Position numbers and translations under genes: made by a program
Shown: positions 28,914 to 44,696 of the stretch, in pieces
Layout of the letters: each line of letters begins with the position of its first letter
Numbering within the stretch: the stretch's first letter is position 1
Source of the DNA: Octopus vulgaris
Lineage: Eukaryota
Length of the DNA: 64,000 nt
NCBI GenBank assembly: GCA_951406725.2
Contig: OX597817.1
Coordinates: 89,528,001-89,592,000 of the forward strand
Direction of reading: 5' to 3'
The notes under the pieces: generated by a model
Database searches by the model: none
Told to the model about the DNA's origin: nothing
What the model saw: the letters and a program-made list of their open reading frames with translations, nothing else

Positions 28914-29440
28914 GGCGCAGGCGTAGCTGTGTGGTAAGAAGCTTGCTTCCTAACCACATAGTCCCAGGACAGTCCCACTGCGTAATGCCTTGGGCAAGTG
29001 TCTTCTGCTGTAGCTTTGGGCCAACTAAAACATTGTGAGATAATATGGTAGACGGGAGCTGAAAAAAACCAGTCGTATATGTGTGTGTATCTTTGTGTTC
29101 GCTTTCCCCCACCATCGCTTAGTGGTGTGTTTAAGTCCCCTTAATTTAGTGATTTGGTAAAGAGACCGATAAGATGAGTACCAGTAGTTTTTTTTAAGTA
29201 GTGGTGTCAATTCATTTAACTAAAATTCTTCATGGCAGCGCCCCAGCATGGCCATAGTCTAAGTAAAGGATAAAAGACATATAAGCGTAGGCGTTGCTGT
29301 GTGGTTAGAAGCTAACCAACCATTTGGTTCCAGATTCAGTCACACTGCGTGGCATCTTGGGCTAGTGTCTTCAACTATAGCTTCAGGTCAATCAAAGCCT
29401 TATAAGTGGATTTGGTAGATGGAAACGGAAAGAAGCCCGT
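28914..29440 (+). mobile_element. SINE B full copy (28914-29277) followed by a second head (29284-29440)
   Basis: Two GCG(C/T)AGGCGT.GCTGTGTGGT heads; the second runs into (TA)n without an adjacent tail. Confidence 0.85.
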
Positions 29441-29512
<72 letters not shown>

Positions 29513-29515
<3 letters not shown>

Positions 29516-30070
29516 CTTAACACGTGGTTCCCACTATTGAAAAGACTGCCTCCACGCGCTGCTACTACACTTTCGTCCTTGCCACCAAAAGGCTTCTTCG
29601 TTCGACCCCCTTGTGTGGTTGATTTCCTGTATAGTATTCTTGTTATTTTCTCGTTTTGTAACTAATTGTACTTTTTGTACATGTATTTTTATTTTTGCAG
29701 TTTTATCGTTTGTCTATGCCAGAAAAAAGGCTTTTTCGTTCGTCCTCTTGTGTTTGTTTTTGTACATGTATTTTAATTTTGCAGTCTTATTGTTACGTCT
29801 TGTTTGTGTTCGTACTCATTTTGCCCCGCTGCTTGAAATTTTATTTTAATTCTCTCGCAGGAAGGCCTATTGGATTAGTGTTCTGTTATGCCTTCGAAAC
29901 ATGCCTGACTCCTCTAGCGACAGCTGATGACGGGGGTTTTGTCCTTGTGTAGCTCGTCCTGTATTTGTTTTTCGTTTTTTTGTTCTTCGTTTTCCGTTTT
30001 CTTGTTTTTTGTTTTTTGGCTTTTTCCGTTTCTACGTCTTTTTGTGATGTCCTGTACTCCCGTATAATTA
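29513..30070 (+). mobile_element. T-rich PLE-like 3' fragment
   Basis: Inserted in (TA)n; starts FLNTWFPLL (PLE C-terminus-like); hairpin-GAAA..CTGATGA at 29861-29930. Confidence 0.5.
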
Positions 30071-30151
30071 TTTATATATGCATGTATATATACATGTAGA
30101 TGTAGGTACGTACATATATGTTTGTATGTATGCATATATTTTTATTTATCT

Positions 30152-30227
<76 letters not shown>

Positions 30228-30229
<2 letters not shown>

Positions 30230-30571
30230 TGAAGGCGCATGGCTCAGTGGTTAGAGCGTCGAGCTTACGATCGTGAGGTTGTGAGCTCGAATCCCGAACC
30301 GGGCTGCGTGTTGTGTTCTTGAGCAAGGCACTTTATTTCACGTTGCTCCAGTTCACTCAGCTGTAGAAATGAGTTGCGACGTCACTGGTGCCAAGCTGTA
30401 TCGACCTTTGTCTTTCCCTTGGATAACACTGGTGGCGTGGAGAGGGAGGCTGGTATGCATGGGCGACTGCTGGTCTTCCATAAACAACCTTGCCCGGACT
30501 TGTGTCTAGGAGGGTAACTTTCTAGGTGCAATCCCATGGTCATTCATGACCGAAGGGGGTCTTTACCCTTA
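30228..30571 (+). mobile_element. tRNA-derived SINE family D (Meta/V-like central domain)
   Basis: TGGCTCAGTGG box A, GCTCGAATCC box B, GTGTTCTTGAGCAAGGCACTT..CCAGTTCACTCAGCTGTAGAAATGAGT. Confidence 0.85.
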
Positions 30572-30849
30572 AATATATATAGTAATATAATAAGAGTTAA
30601 TAATAGCTTTAACGGTTTTTAAAAAAACAACAATTATTTACTGGTAGATTTCGGCATGTAAATATAACCATTAACGGTAGGAACTTCTATAAAAGTTCAA
30701 TATATATTTTGACTGCTATTTCTAATTTTTTCGGTATATGGCTAAGCAACCTGTTGCCTGCATTTATATGTATATATATATATATATATATTTATATAAT
30801 TTTGGATTTATTAATCCCCAATGAGGGTAAGATATCCTGAATTGATATA

Positions 30850-30893
<44 letters not shown>

Positions 30894-31150
30894 TGACTAT
30901 ATATATATAGTCAGTCAATTCAAGGATATATTACCTTCATTGGGGATTAATAAATCCAAAATTTCACTGGTTTAATCTCCATCACATTAGAAGAAAATTT
31001 CCACGATGCGTTATGGATTATCATAATAGGTAAAATAAATTGTTTAAGTAAATAGAGTTGAGGATGTTTAGTTTATTTGTTTGCATCATAGGTTGTTGTT
31101 AAGATATAAATACAAATAAATTTTTTTTAAAACACAATAGAAGACTAAAA

Positions 31151-31264
31151 AAAACCTACTTATGTTTCGATTCTGGCCCCTTGGTAATGCATAATTCAAA
31201 GCATTTGGGTTATATCTAATGTTATGAATTTAAGCTGTAAGGGATAGAATCTCTTCAGGGTTTT
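31151..31264 (-). ncRNA. type I hammerhead ribozyme
   Basis: AAAACC-CUGAAGA-GAUUCU..AGAAUC-GAAA-C-AUAA-GUA-GGUUUU: perfect 6-bp stems I and II, intact core. Confidence 0.88.
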
Positions 31265-31907
31265 GTTTTAATAATAACGAAGGTGACACCTTTCTTCAAG
31301 GTATTCAAATCCACTAGTAAAGAAGTTTAACATGTTACTTCATATGTATTGTGTGTATGTATCTGCTAAGGTTATAAATCAAGTATGTAATAATATAAAA
31401 TAAATTAGAATGAAATAAACTTATTTAAAAATTATATATATATATGAATAATATGAATAACAAAATATCGTTATATCTTTAAGGGAAAATAATTATGTAA
31501 TAAAATAAAGTAAAATAAATAAATTAGGAAAATACACAATTGTTAGTAGATACCAGTAAATATTCATGTATACCTGTTCATCGAATTATATTTAACTAAA
31601 TTTAATCGTTTATGTGTTAGTACCTACCCAAACTTGAATATTCTATCCGTTAATAAATGTATTATTCAAATTAATATATACACACATAGTCCTATATACA
31701 CATGTATACAGAAAGCTTACATATTTTCCTATATATTTATGTTTAAGCATCGATTAAATATACTAAGTATATATACAGTTGTATATAATTCAGTATTTGT
31801 TCTAAAAAGGAGTAAAAACGAAAATAAAATGAAATAAAAATAAAGTAAAAGAGGATAAACAGAATAAATTAAACTTAAGATAAGATAATAATCTATATTT
31901 TATATTA

Positions 31908-32837
31908 CTAGCTGACCGAGCCAGTGATTCCGGGGCTTATCCCTTGGTTCCGTTCTCATAATTGTTTCGCTAATTCAGTAACAACAATAAAAAGTATGTA
32001 GCACATAAAACGGTTTTTGTGCATTTACAGAGAGCGCCAAACTGTATCTTGTTTCTAAGAATTCCCAATAAGTTATGAATGCCCAAATTGGGAAGTTAGT
32101 TACGTAATAACATGAAATTAGTTACCTGATAGAAAGAATTCAAATAAAGTATCCCCGAAAAGGGTTTTAATGCGTTCCCAGAGTGTTTAGAACTTAGGAG
32201 GAAATACTAATAAGATGTGTATGCTAAAATCGTGAAGCATGTTACTTAATAACAGGCTAATAAGATATGTGATAATAACAATGTAAAGTAAATAATAAGG
32301 GCTTTTGTGCGTTCCCAGAGAATATTACCCTCAGCGACGCTAGTGTTGGTATATTCGTGAATAAGTCACTAACCGCAATGAGGAAAATACTATTTACTTA
32401 TTTAAGGGTTGTACTGGATAAATTGCGAAAATAACACTAACAGTTCAAATACTAAGAAATAAGCATACTCAGTTTGATTTATACCAAATTATTTAGGAAA
32501 ATAAATGGGTTATTTCCTTTGGCTATTAAAATCTGGGCGAATGGGTTATTTTCCTTGGATGTTAATATGAAATATATTAGATATATATATAAGGATCTCT
32601 TCCAGAGGCCCTATTATCGATTGTTTCAACAATCTGAGTATGCCATGATGTTTCCAGACATGAGTTCTACTCACGTGTCAAGTTTCATCAAAATCGATAA
32701 AATGAAGTAGGAGGAGTTAGCTAACAACTCCACAAACACACCCATAGTAGTCGATAATAGAAATCTTAGAATACATAGTAGTGTAGTCGATAATAGAAAT
32801 CTTAGAATACATATCTATCAGTTTATTTATTTATAGA
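31908..32837 (-). mobile_element. non-autonomous Helitron nested in the PLE
   Basis: 5' TCTATAAATAAATAAA at 32837; 3' CCCCGGAATCACTGGCTCGGTCAG-CTAG|T at 31908. Confidence 0.7.
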
Positions 32838-35800
32838 CCTAGAAAATGCGTATTACGTTTTTCCTGATAAGTACTATGAGTATTACGTTATTGTTTCATG
32901 CTTAAAGAAAAAGTCAACGGAATATTTTATTGTTAGTTCATTTAAATATCTCATTGGGAGTTAATATAAAACTTAATTATTTATATAACTGTTAAAAAGT
33001 TATACTATTTACTTATGATAATTTATTTATAGTTAATTTATCTATTTTGTAAAACAACTGGATACAATTAAGTAAAATATAATAAGTTAATCTTACAAAT
33101 ATATATATATTAAATATTTATAGACGTTTAAAAATAGTAATATGGTTAAGTTAGAATATATGTATACAAAAGTAGAAAGTCGTGTGAATTGAAATAAATG
33201 AATGATTATTTATGCTAATGTTTACACACACACACACACACACACACATACACACATACATCACACACACACGCACACACATACACACAAATGTATTATG
33301 TTTAAGTATAGTATTGTATATTAAGGTAAAATATCAAATAGTTTTTTAATAGAAATATAAATGTATGGTTATTAACGTATATATTTGTCTGGTTATATCT
33401 AGAAAGATCTTATATTATATATTAAGGTATTAATATGCAAATATCTCCAATAATTGAATATATTACGTTGCAATATCTATAATGCAACAATATATTAACC
33501 TAATCAGATATATATTAATATATATCTAGTTTTATTTTAGAATAATTTAAGAGAATATTCAATAATTGTTAGAGGACATATGTAATTCAGACATTTACCA
33601 ATATATTTAGTCTATAATTTAACAATATTATAAAACAAATAATTTTTATGGTTAATATATAACGTAGTATCCAATCTACTATATAATGATAATAATAATA
33701 TAGGAATTGATTTGTGATATTCGGAAAATAGGTATTTAGGTGCATGTAACCAGACCGAAACTTTCTCAGTCGTCTTATTCAATATTTTTTTTTAGAGAAT
33801 AGAATATCATGGCTTTCTGTTGTACATAAGGAACAAATTCCGTCTGGGGAATGATAATATCTTGCAACGGTTAATATTTTCCACATAGTTTTGAAACTAA
33901 TATTGCGAGCTTTTAATTTCCAAACGAAATTGCTAAAGCTTGTATCATTCCGTTTAATTCTATTTCTAAAATAATTTTCATTGTTCGAAATTCTGGTTTT
34001 CACAAAACATTCAGTCGAACCAATATAGTAGTAATACTTACATTCTGCTTCAACGATATCTTGGTATACCAGATTTTTAGGTTTGCAATAATTATTAAAT
34101 TTGTATTTTTCTTTAACCTTACAAACGCAAAATTTATTGAGATTATCTTTGGAATTAACTATAATATAACTATAATAGGCGGTTTATTGCAGGTACTTCC
34201 CTTTGATAGTTTAAACTAAAATTATCAAATTTACTCGTGACGGATATATAAAGCATGCTATTTCTTGTAAAAATGATCAAATTTTGCGTTATTAATACAA
34301 AATATATATCTAAATAAGTTTCTAATTACTGTAAAACCAAATCTTAAAAATTTATTATTAATATTTCACTATACTTATTACAAGTCTACGTATATGTTTG
34401 ATTAAATTAGTTTTAATTTGTGTAGCAAACGGTAAGATTAGCCAAATAATATTTTCATTTATTTTATAATTAGTATGGAAATTCCAAGTTTTTGTTTTGG
34501 TGGATTTTATACAAGGTGTATATTTTCTATTTATATTATTTATAGTACTATAATTTCCGTTTATATTATGATTATTATCATTAGATCTCAAGTTATTAAT
34601 TTGGTCAATAGCTACATTATTTTTATATTTACTACATACATATCTACGTTTACATTTGTATTATCGTTATATTCATAAACAGTATTTTGAATTGTTTAAT
34701 TAATATTTACTACTCTGTTTCGATTTGGGTTATTTTTACTCACTATATTTTTACTGTGTTTCCATAATCTATTTCTTTTATATTTATATTATTTATTTTA
34801 CCCTTAATCTTATTTTGTTTCATATTATTCTTATATTTTCTTACCCTATGGTCTATACTCGTATTATTTACAATGTGTCTATTGTATTTGATATTCTGTT
34901 TATATCCTGCCTTTTCTAATGCAATGTTGCATAATTCTTTATTTTCATAAAAAATCTCCTCATTATAAGGGAGGTAATTAATTCTTTTTCTATATTTTTA
35001 ACTACACAATTAGTAATTGACTTTGGATGATTGCTTTTAATATTAATATAAATTATTTTAGAATTTGTTTCATGGTAAGGTGCATATTTGTATTTAGGTT
35101 AAAATTCACATCCCCAAAATTTACAAAATTATGCTCTCTTTCAATTGAAATATTTAATCCAAATCTTTTGAAGAAATGATGCAATTTTTTCTTATATAAC
35201 TCTCGTTTTCTATTGGATAGATTTTTTATGATAAACTGTGCATCATCCCTATATAACCCCACTCCTATTTCTGGAAATTCCCTACTAAACTTATGTAAAA
35301 TGTATATTCCAACCAAATTAGTCGCCTAGGCGGAATCAGTAGTATCTATAGCTATATCAAAACAGCCAGGTGTGTTTTTTATAGCCCATAATTTGTTATC
35401 AAATTTTCTAATTGTTTTTCTGGCTGCAAATATAACTTTTATTTCTTTCATAGTCATTTTTGTATTATTTCTTTTAAAAATAAGTACACTATTTAGAATC
35501 GCTGGGTCAATAGATGAGTAGTAATCATTAATGTCTACATTAAGAATTGGCATTTATCTTACTTATCAATTTTGTTAAACCAATTAATTGCCTCTTGCGC
35601 ATTTGATTAAAGCTTTAATTTAAAATCAAAACATATGTAGGTTTTTAAAAGAAATTATTTGTATTTATATCTTAGCAACAAACTATGATACAAATAAACT
35701 ATACATCCTCAACTCTCCAATTATTAATTTCACCTTATTATATATATATTTTCACAAAGGAATATATGTGAATATATATATATTCACAAAGGAATAGAGG

Positions 35801-35914
35801 CTGACAGACTTTCTGAAGACTAATTTTTTATCGCGTTGTTAATGTATTTTATGTTATTTGCACAGTTGGTGAGTAAGCGTCCCATTGTATTTATATATAT
35901 ACATATACATATAC

Positions 35915-35994
<80 letters not shown>

Positions 35995-36044
35995 ACTACT
36001 GCTACTATTATCATTAGTATTATCATTATTATTATTATTATTAC

Positions 36045-36080
<36 letters not shown>

Positions 36081-36081
36081 C

Positions 36082-36735
36082 TTGGTGGATTCCTCCTTTT
36101 CGCCTTCGGCCCAGTGCGTCCATGCTGCCAACAAAGCACGCAGAATTCTGTTCTTGATTCGACGGTCATTCGGAATGCTCACAGCAGCCATATTCCTACC
36201 GCTCTATGTCACGCTGGTGAGACCCATATTGGAGTATGGGATTCAAGTATCTTCTCCTTATCTCCTCAATGACATACAGCATCTCGAAAGAGTCCAGAAG
36301 CTGGCTACCCGCATGGTTCTTGGTCTCAAGAATTTGTCTTATGAAGAAAGGCTGAAGACGCTCGACCTTTATTCTCTAGAAAAACGACGACACCGTGGTG
36401 ATCTCATTCTTGCTCACAACATCATAAGCGGAAAGTGTAACCTCTCGAAAGAGCTGTTCTTCACTCCTGCTCCAGAGCGTCGGCTGCGGGGTCACTCCGA
36501 AAAGTTCTATCTGCGACGATTTCATCTCAATCGAAGGAGAAGGGGCTTTCTCCGTCTGGGTTGCGGATCCGTGGAATAAGCTGCCGGACGAGATGGTGAA
36601 GATGCCGACGACCGCTCGGTTCAAAGTCTCCCTTGACCACAAGTGGCCGGAAATCTTTACATGAACACCACCCTGTACATAACTCCATGTCCCCCTACAT
36701 GGCCTTGCTTTTTGCTTTTTGAGCCAAAAATTAAC
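36082..36735 (+). mobile_element. 5'-truncated CR1-clade LINE (ORF2 C-terminus + 3' UTR)
   Basis: AANKARRILFLIRRSF..LYVTLVRPILEYG..LERVQKLATRMV..LSYEERLKTLDLYSLEKRRHRGDLI..LRGH; flanked by (ATT)n/(TAC)n. Confidence 0.93.
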
Positions 36736-36762
36736 TATCATTATTATTATTATTATCATTAT

Positions 36763-36858
<96 letters not shown>

Positions 36859-36960
36859 AACTACTACTGCTACTACCACTATTACTATTATTATCATTAT
36901 TATTATTTTTGTTATTATTATTGTTATCATTATTACTATTATTATTATTATATACACACA

Positions 36961-38170
36961 CAGGGGTTGGCCAAAATAATGGAAACACCTTAAAATTTCA
37001 AACAAATTTATTTTAATATGGGGTAGGACCGCCTTTGGCAGTAGTTACAGCTTGAATTCTATGAGGTATGGACTCGTACAAAGTTTGAATTGTTTCCAAA
37101 GGAATCTTTGTCCATTCTTCACCTAAAGCAGTCTTCAGTTCTTGTAGTGATGATGGTGGACGATATCGAATCCTTACTTGTTTTTCTAAAATTCACCATA
37201 AATGTTCAATAATATTGAGATCTGGGTGACCAGATAAGATGTTCAACTTCACTAGAATGTTCCTCGTGCCATTCAGTAACAACTTTAGCTGTGTGAATTG
37301 GTGCATTACTATCCTGAAAGATTGCGTTTCCCTTCGGAAACAGTTCCGTAAACATAGGATGAATTTGATCAGATAAAAGCCTTAAATAGTCTTGACTATT
37401 AATTCTGCCATGAAGGGAAACCATTGAGCTGGTGGATATCCAAGGTATAGCCCCCCCCCCGATCATCACAGATCCTCCTCCATGTTTAACAGTTGGAAGA
37501 AGGCAGTCTGGGTCAAATGCTTCTTTTGGCTGTCTCCACACGTATACACGGCCGGTGGTGGGAAAAAGGTAAAGGGTGACTCTTCTGAGAAAATAACATT
37601 CTTCCACTGCTCTAGGGACCAATTCTACAAGTTTTTACTTCACTCTAAATGCTTTGCAACGTTTGTTTTTGAAAGTAGTGGTTTTCTTATTGCAGCCCTC
37701 CCGTGAAATCCAGCTTTGTGCAGCTCCCGACGAACAGTTTTTGTGGAAACTGGGTTCTCGAGGTGGTCTTTAATCTCTGTAGTAATTTCGGGAGCTGTAT
37801 TTTTGTGATCCTTTCTAACAATTCGCGTAAGTGTCCGACGGTTCCTATCTGAAAGTTTTGGTTTTCTTCCGGAGTTTTGTTTCGGCAAGGAGGTTTTTCC
37901 CTCTTTCTCAAAGGATGTCCATACTTTCGAGACATTACTTCTTGATACACCAAATATTTGGACTGTTTTCGTAACGCTAGCGCCTGCCATACGAGCACCA
38001 ACAATTTGATTTCTTTGAAAGTTCGATGGATCTGTCATTTTAATGAATTTTGATTACTTTTTCTGATGATATCTGAAAAGAAACAGCAATTTTAGCAATT
38101 CATATTAAGCAACACTAATAATAAATAAAAAAAATAAAAATAAACATGCTTTTGGCAGGATTTTTAGGTG
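36961..38170 (-). mobile_element. Tc1-family transposon; transposase pseudogene 37013-38038
   Basis: HTH ORF 37640-38038 (GRKPKLSDR); DDE ORF with PTVKHGGGSVM, FQDSNAPIH; ends AKGGPTPY*; TIR CAGGGGTTGGCCAAAATAATGGAAACAC. Confidence 0.93.
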
Positions 38171-38174
38171 GCTG

Positions 38175-38613
38175 TCCCTCTGAAAAATCTAAACCTTGTG
38201 TATAATACGCACCCCTTCTCTAACTTGAGTTAAGGAGGTCTATATAACGTCCTTGGTTTGTAAAAATGTATACGGTAACGTACTATATTATTATTGTATA
38301 TATAACGTAATGCAAACGTGAAGCATTTTTGTGCATTTTGTTTGCAGAAAATAAAAAAATAACAGTAATAACAGTAATAACGTTTAATAAATGTTGCTTA
38401 CTGCAAGTTATGGATGATTCTTTCATGACTTCCTTGCTTTCAGGCTTAGCTTAAGGTATTTTCGCGCCCGACATCACAAAATACGTCTGAATAAACATTA
38501 CCGGACAGCAAATAGAGACTCGAACATTGCTTAGAAAATATATTTCATTTTTAACCTCGTGTATAATACGCACTAGGGATTTTGACCTTTAAATTTTGGT
38601 GGAAAATGCGGAT

Positions 38614-38618
<5 letters not shown>
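38175..38618. mobile_element. possible Tc1/mariner-group MITE fragment
   Basis: Repeated GTGTATAATACGCAC motif (~38198, ~38559) and terminal TGCGGATTATA. Confidence 0.35.
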
Positions 38619-38694
<76 letters not shown>

Positions 38695-38912
38695 AGGAAA
38701 ATAAGACAATGTGGAAAATACTAAAATAATTTTATCATGAAGTACATTTTATTACCGGTTCACGTCTTTGAGACTTTTTGAACTAAGAGCAAAATAAGAA
38801 AAAGAATTAAATTGAAGAAAAAAAAATTAAGTGAAATGTTTTGTAGATACTTCCATAGTCTTGAAATAAGTAAATATTTCCACAGTTTTCAGATAGTCTG
38901 TCTGTCTGTCTT

Positions 38913-39018
<106 letters not shown>

Positions 39019-39232
39019 AGAAAGGAGTCGAACGAAGATTTTAACAAAATTCCTTTACTCTCAACACATGTTTCGAAGACTGCATACTCTTAAAAAAAAA
39101 CACACAAATTTCCACACAAGAACACGGGGTTTCTGCCCTTGGCATGTAGCTTCAACCGTGTTTTCTGACGTGAATTTGCTACCCAGGTATCGATTAACCG
39201 AATTATCCATACTAGGATAATTCATTCACCTA

Positions 39233-39276
<44 letters not shown>

Positions 39277-39278
<2 letters not shown>

Positions 39279-39494
39279 TTTGTATCTGTGTCTGTCCCCT
39301 ACCACCGCTTGACAACTTGTGTTGGAGTGCTTACGTGATCATAACTTAGCAGTTTGACAATAGATAACGATAGAATAAGTGTTGGGCTATTAAAAAAAGA
39401 ACAACTGGGTCGATTCATTCAACTAAGTATTCTACAAAGCAGATCCCCAGCATGGCGATATTCTAATGACTGAAACAAGTAAAAGAATAAAAGA
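39277..39494 (+). mobile_element. orphan SINE B tail half
   Basis: TGTCCCCTACCACCGCTTGACAAC..TGACTGAAACAAGTAAAAGAATAAAAGA preceded by (TA)n. Confidence 0.85.
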
Positions 39495-40519
39495 ATACAC
39501 ACACACAAACACACACACATACACACACGCAGACACATATGTGTGCGCATGAGACTATATATGTGTGTGGAGGGTGTACATATAAATTTGTGAGTGCGAG
39601 AATTCATAAGCAGATGCGTGTAGGATTGGTTGTATAGATGGATAGAGTGACCTCGACGAGCACACACGCACAGAATAGCTAGCTTGAAAATGGATAACAA
39701 AACATTTAAAAATTTAAAAATTAATAGATGAAAGGCAATAAAAACGAAAACAACCGTACCTTGTTATCTACGCTACAACATATATGCGTGAGCAATTACG
39801 TGTATATGTGTATGTATAGCAAAAACGAAAATAAACACACACACACACACTCAGGAACACATACACACACTTGTTCACGCACATACATAAACGCACATTA
39901 TCATAGTATAACAATTGCACAGGCGAACAAATCCGTAGATAAATATATACACACAGCACCACGAGAAAACACACGCGCGTACATGAGCATGCTCACACAT
40001 GAAAACAACACATGCGTACTTAAATACGAATAAATACCAGACATAAAAAAGAAAGTAAGAAATAACAGTTGCTGACAAGTGATCGAAGAGAACACACACA
40101 ACTGTGGTGAAAGACATTGACAAATCAATCATTGTTTAATTAATGACTTAATAAAACAATGAACAGTTTCTGTGAAAATGTGATTGTAAGAGCGAGTTTG
40201 TATTGGTCACATGACTTCACTAAAGTACGTTATCTCTTTCATGACAAGATTTCACAGCCAAAGTCTTGCGAAATAGATAATAGAAAGAAGTATAACTGAG
40301 TGTGTGTGTGTGTGTGTGTGTACTGGTACGTCCGTGCGTGTGAGTGTGTAGTGCACACGCCTGTATATGTATATCATTGCGTGTGTTTCTAAGTATACAT
40401 AAACAAACACACACACATACGCACACAAGTACACACACATATAAACACACCCACACACATATATATATACTATGTATATACATACATATATATATACACA
40501 CACACATATGTCTATATGC

Positions 40520-40569
<50 letters not shown>

Positions 40570-40603
40570 GTGTATATGTGTGTGTGTGTGTATGTGTGTG
40601 AGA

Positions 40604-40640
<37 letters not shown>

Positions 40641-40725
40641 TGCACCACCTTCGCCACTACCACCAACACACTATATTTGCTTTGAACTGAGGTCACATAT
40701 TTGCATAAGTACTATGTCGGTGGCA

Positions 40726-41191
<466 letters not shown>

Positions 41192-41640
41192 CAAACATAC
41201 GCGTGTATGTATGTGTCTGTCTGTATACACACACACACACACAAACACACATATATATATATAAATACACACACAAACACATATATACATAGGCAGATTG
41301 ACTGTTCAGTGACGTGACTCTTGTTAGTTTGACGAAGTCAGCATTTCTTATCTATCTACAAGTGTGTTTGTGTGCGCATGCATATGCGTGGATGTGTATG
41401 TGTGTGTGTGTGTGTGTGTGTTTGTGCATGTGTGTGTGTGTATACGCATATATAATTCACACACACGCATACGTACACCTACGATGTTTACTTATGATAG
41501 GTAAAATGACGTGAAAAAAGACGAATAATGGTTAAAGAAAATTAGTGTTCAAACCGGACCTGATACAGAAAGTCCAACGTATTTGATCTAGCTTGTTCCT
41601 CCCTCACACACATGCGCGCAAGCGCGCGCTTATAGAGAGG

Positions 41641-41752
<112 letters not shown>

Positions 41753-41846
41753 ATATTTATATAATTTACGGTAATATATATATAATAATATGAATGATTT
41801 TTAAATTAACATCTATGTATATATATATATTGATATATATATATAT

Positions 41847-41912
<66 letters not shown>

Positions 41913-42668
41913 CGTATATACATATAAATACTCTCACTTGTATGCTTGTTTATATTTCTATGTGCGTGTGTGCTTAAGTCTCTTCGGTTGTTTGTGTTTT
42001 TGTGTGTGTGTGTATGTGTGTGTGTGTGTGTATGTGCGCGCGCGCGTGTGTGTGTGCGTGCGTGTGTGTGCGTGCGTGTGTGTGCGTGCGTGTGTGCGCG
42101 CGTGTGTGATTTCAGATACAAGTCATTAAGCCAATCCAGAACAGTTCATGCCTATAGTGTAGTTCTTGGAATCCAACCCGGAACTATATGGTTGTGAGGT
42201 GAACGTGTTGACCCTGCAGCTATGCCCATATATGGAGCTACTTTCCAGTTCAATCATGACGTCAAATGATTTACTTGATAGAACAACTGTGTCATACTTT
42301 ATTTATAGTCAGAATATGTTATACTTCCTTTCTGTTATCATAGCGTTGCATACGACAATTTCATGATATCCATATTATCTTTTCCTTTGTATTAAAGTGT
42401 GGTTTGAGTGAATAAATATGGCTGCTGTTTGTTGTGAGATGAGCTACGTCGTTGGTTCGACAGAAAGCAAAATCTCTTAAAGCAGCCGCTTTGATACAAC
42501 AGCTACTCAATGGTCTAGTACATAAGAACTGGTCAATGCAAAATAGTCGGAATAACGTTGTTTTCATCGTCTCCACTTCTACATGTACGGTCTAATGATG
42601 GAACTCCTATGCGAACCTACCAGAAATAGCAGTTAAATACACCTTCAATCATACTCTTCCGTCTAAAC

Positions 42669-43022
42669 TATGGTTCTCGACCATTTTTTTCTTTCTATCT
42701 ATGAATGCCTTTGATTACTATTTTATGCTACCATCCCCTAGACATTCGATGATTTAAAAACTAGTCTGATAGATACTTCTTTCAAAATTTCTACATTGTT
42801 TTTCATACGTTCACTTACGTTAGCTAGAAACATGTTCAACTGTGATAAGCGTTAGAGAAAGAAACCTAGCTGTTTTCTGCAATAAATACGTCTAAAGCGA
42901 AATGTTTTCATGGACCCTTAAAATAATATTGTAGATCCCCAAATTACAATATTGCTTGCGTGTAGCCCCAGAAACTTACATGGATCCCTAGGAGCTATAT
43001 GGACCTCGGTTGAAAACCACTG
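42669..43022. mobile_element. hAT (Charlie-like) MITE
   Basis: TIRs TATGGTTCTCGACC / GGTTGAAAACCACTG; 8-bp TSD GTCTAAAC at 42661 and 43023. Confidence 0.85.
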
Positions 43023-43049
43023 GTCTAAACAAAAGAAATACACGTTCAC

Positions 43050-44120
<1,071 letters not shown>

Positions 44121-44505
44121 GATAAATGGTATTAAAAAAAGCAAAAAGTGAAATGTTACTGACAGGTTGTTGCTGGCGATCTCACATGGAGTTTTTACCA
44201 TCTTAGAAATGGAAAAATGTATTGAGTAACCCTGGATTCATTGTTTCCAAGACTAAAACAAAAGTTAACAACTGAAGCGCCTTTGATGCTAAATCATAGC
44301 TGACCGTGGGCTAAGCAACAACAACAACAACAGCTCATAGCAAAGGAGTAACACAAAATATTGCTTAAAGAGAAGACTTATAACACAAAGCTTTAAAATT
44401 TTGTTTCGTCTGGAATATATCTTCCGGTCATAACCATAATCATCATCGTCATCCACGTCGTCGTCGTCATCATCATCATCATCGTCATCGTCGTCGTCAT
44501 CGTCG

Positions 44506-44550
<45 letters not shown>

Positions 44551-44637
44551 ATCTTCAGCAGCATCGTCATCGTCATCGTCACCGTCACCGTCTTCATCAT
44601 TATCATCATTAGCGCTGTTGTTGTTGATGTGATGATC

Positions 44638-44689
<52 letters not shown>

Positions 44690-44696
44690 TGATAAT

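Larger units (their letters stand above)
30964..35650 (-). mobile_element. decayed Penelope-like element (RT + GIY-YIG + HHR-containing pLTR)
   Basis: RT: VDINDYYSSI, GLYRDD (35053-35553); EN: NLVYQ..YYYIGSTE, KTRISN..FSNFVWKLK..WKIL..CSLCTTE (33779-34130); hammerhead downstream on the same strand. Confidence 0.88.

Noticed and set aside
35836-36579. 247-aa ORF as a host gene
   Set aside because: N-terminal third is microsatellite read-through; the rest is CR1 ORF2
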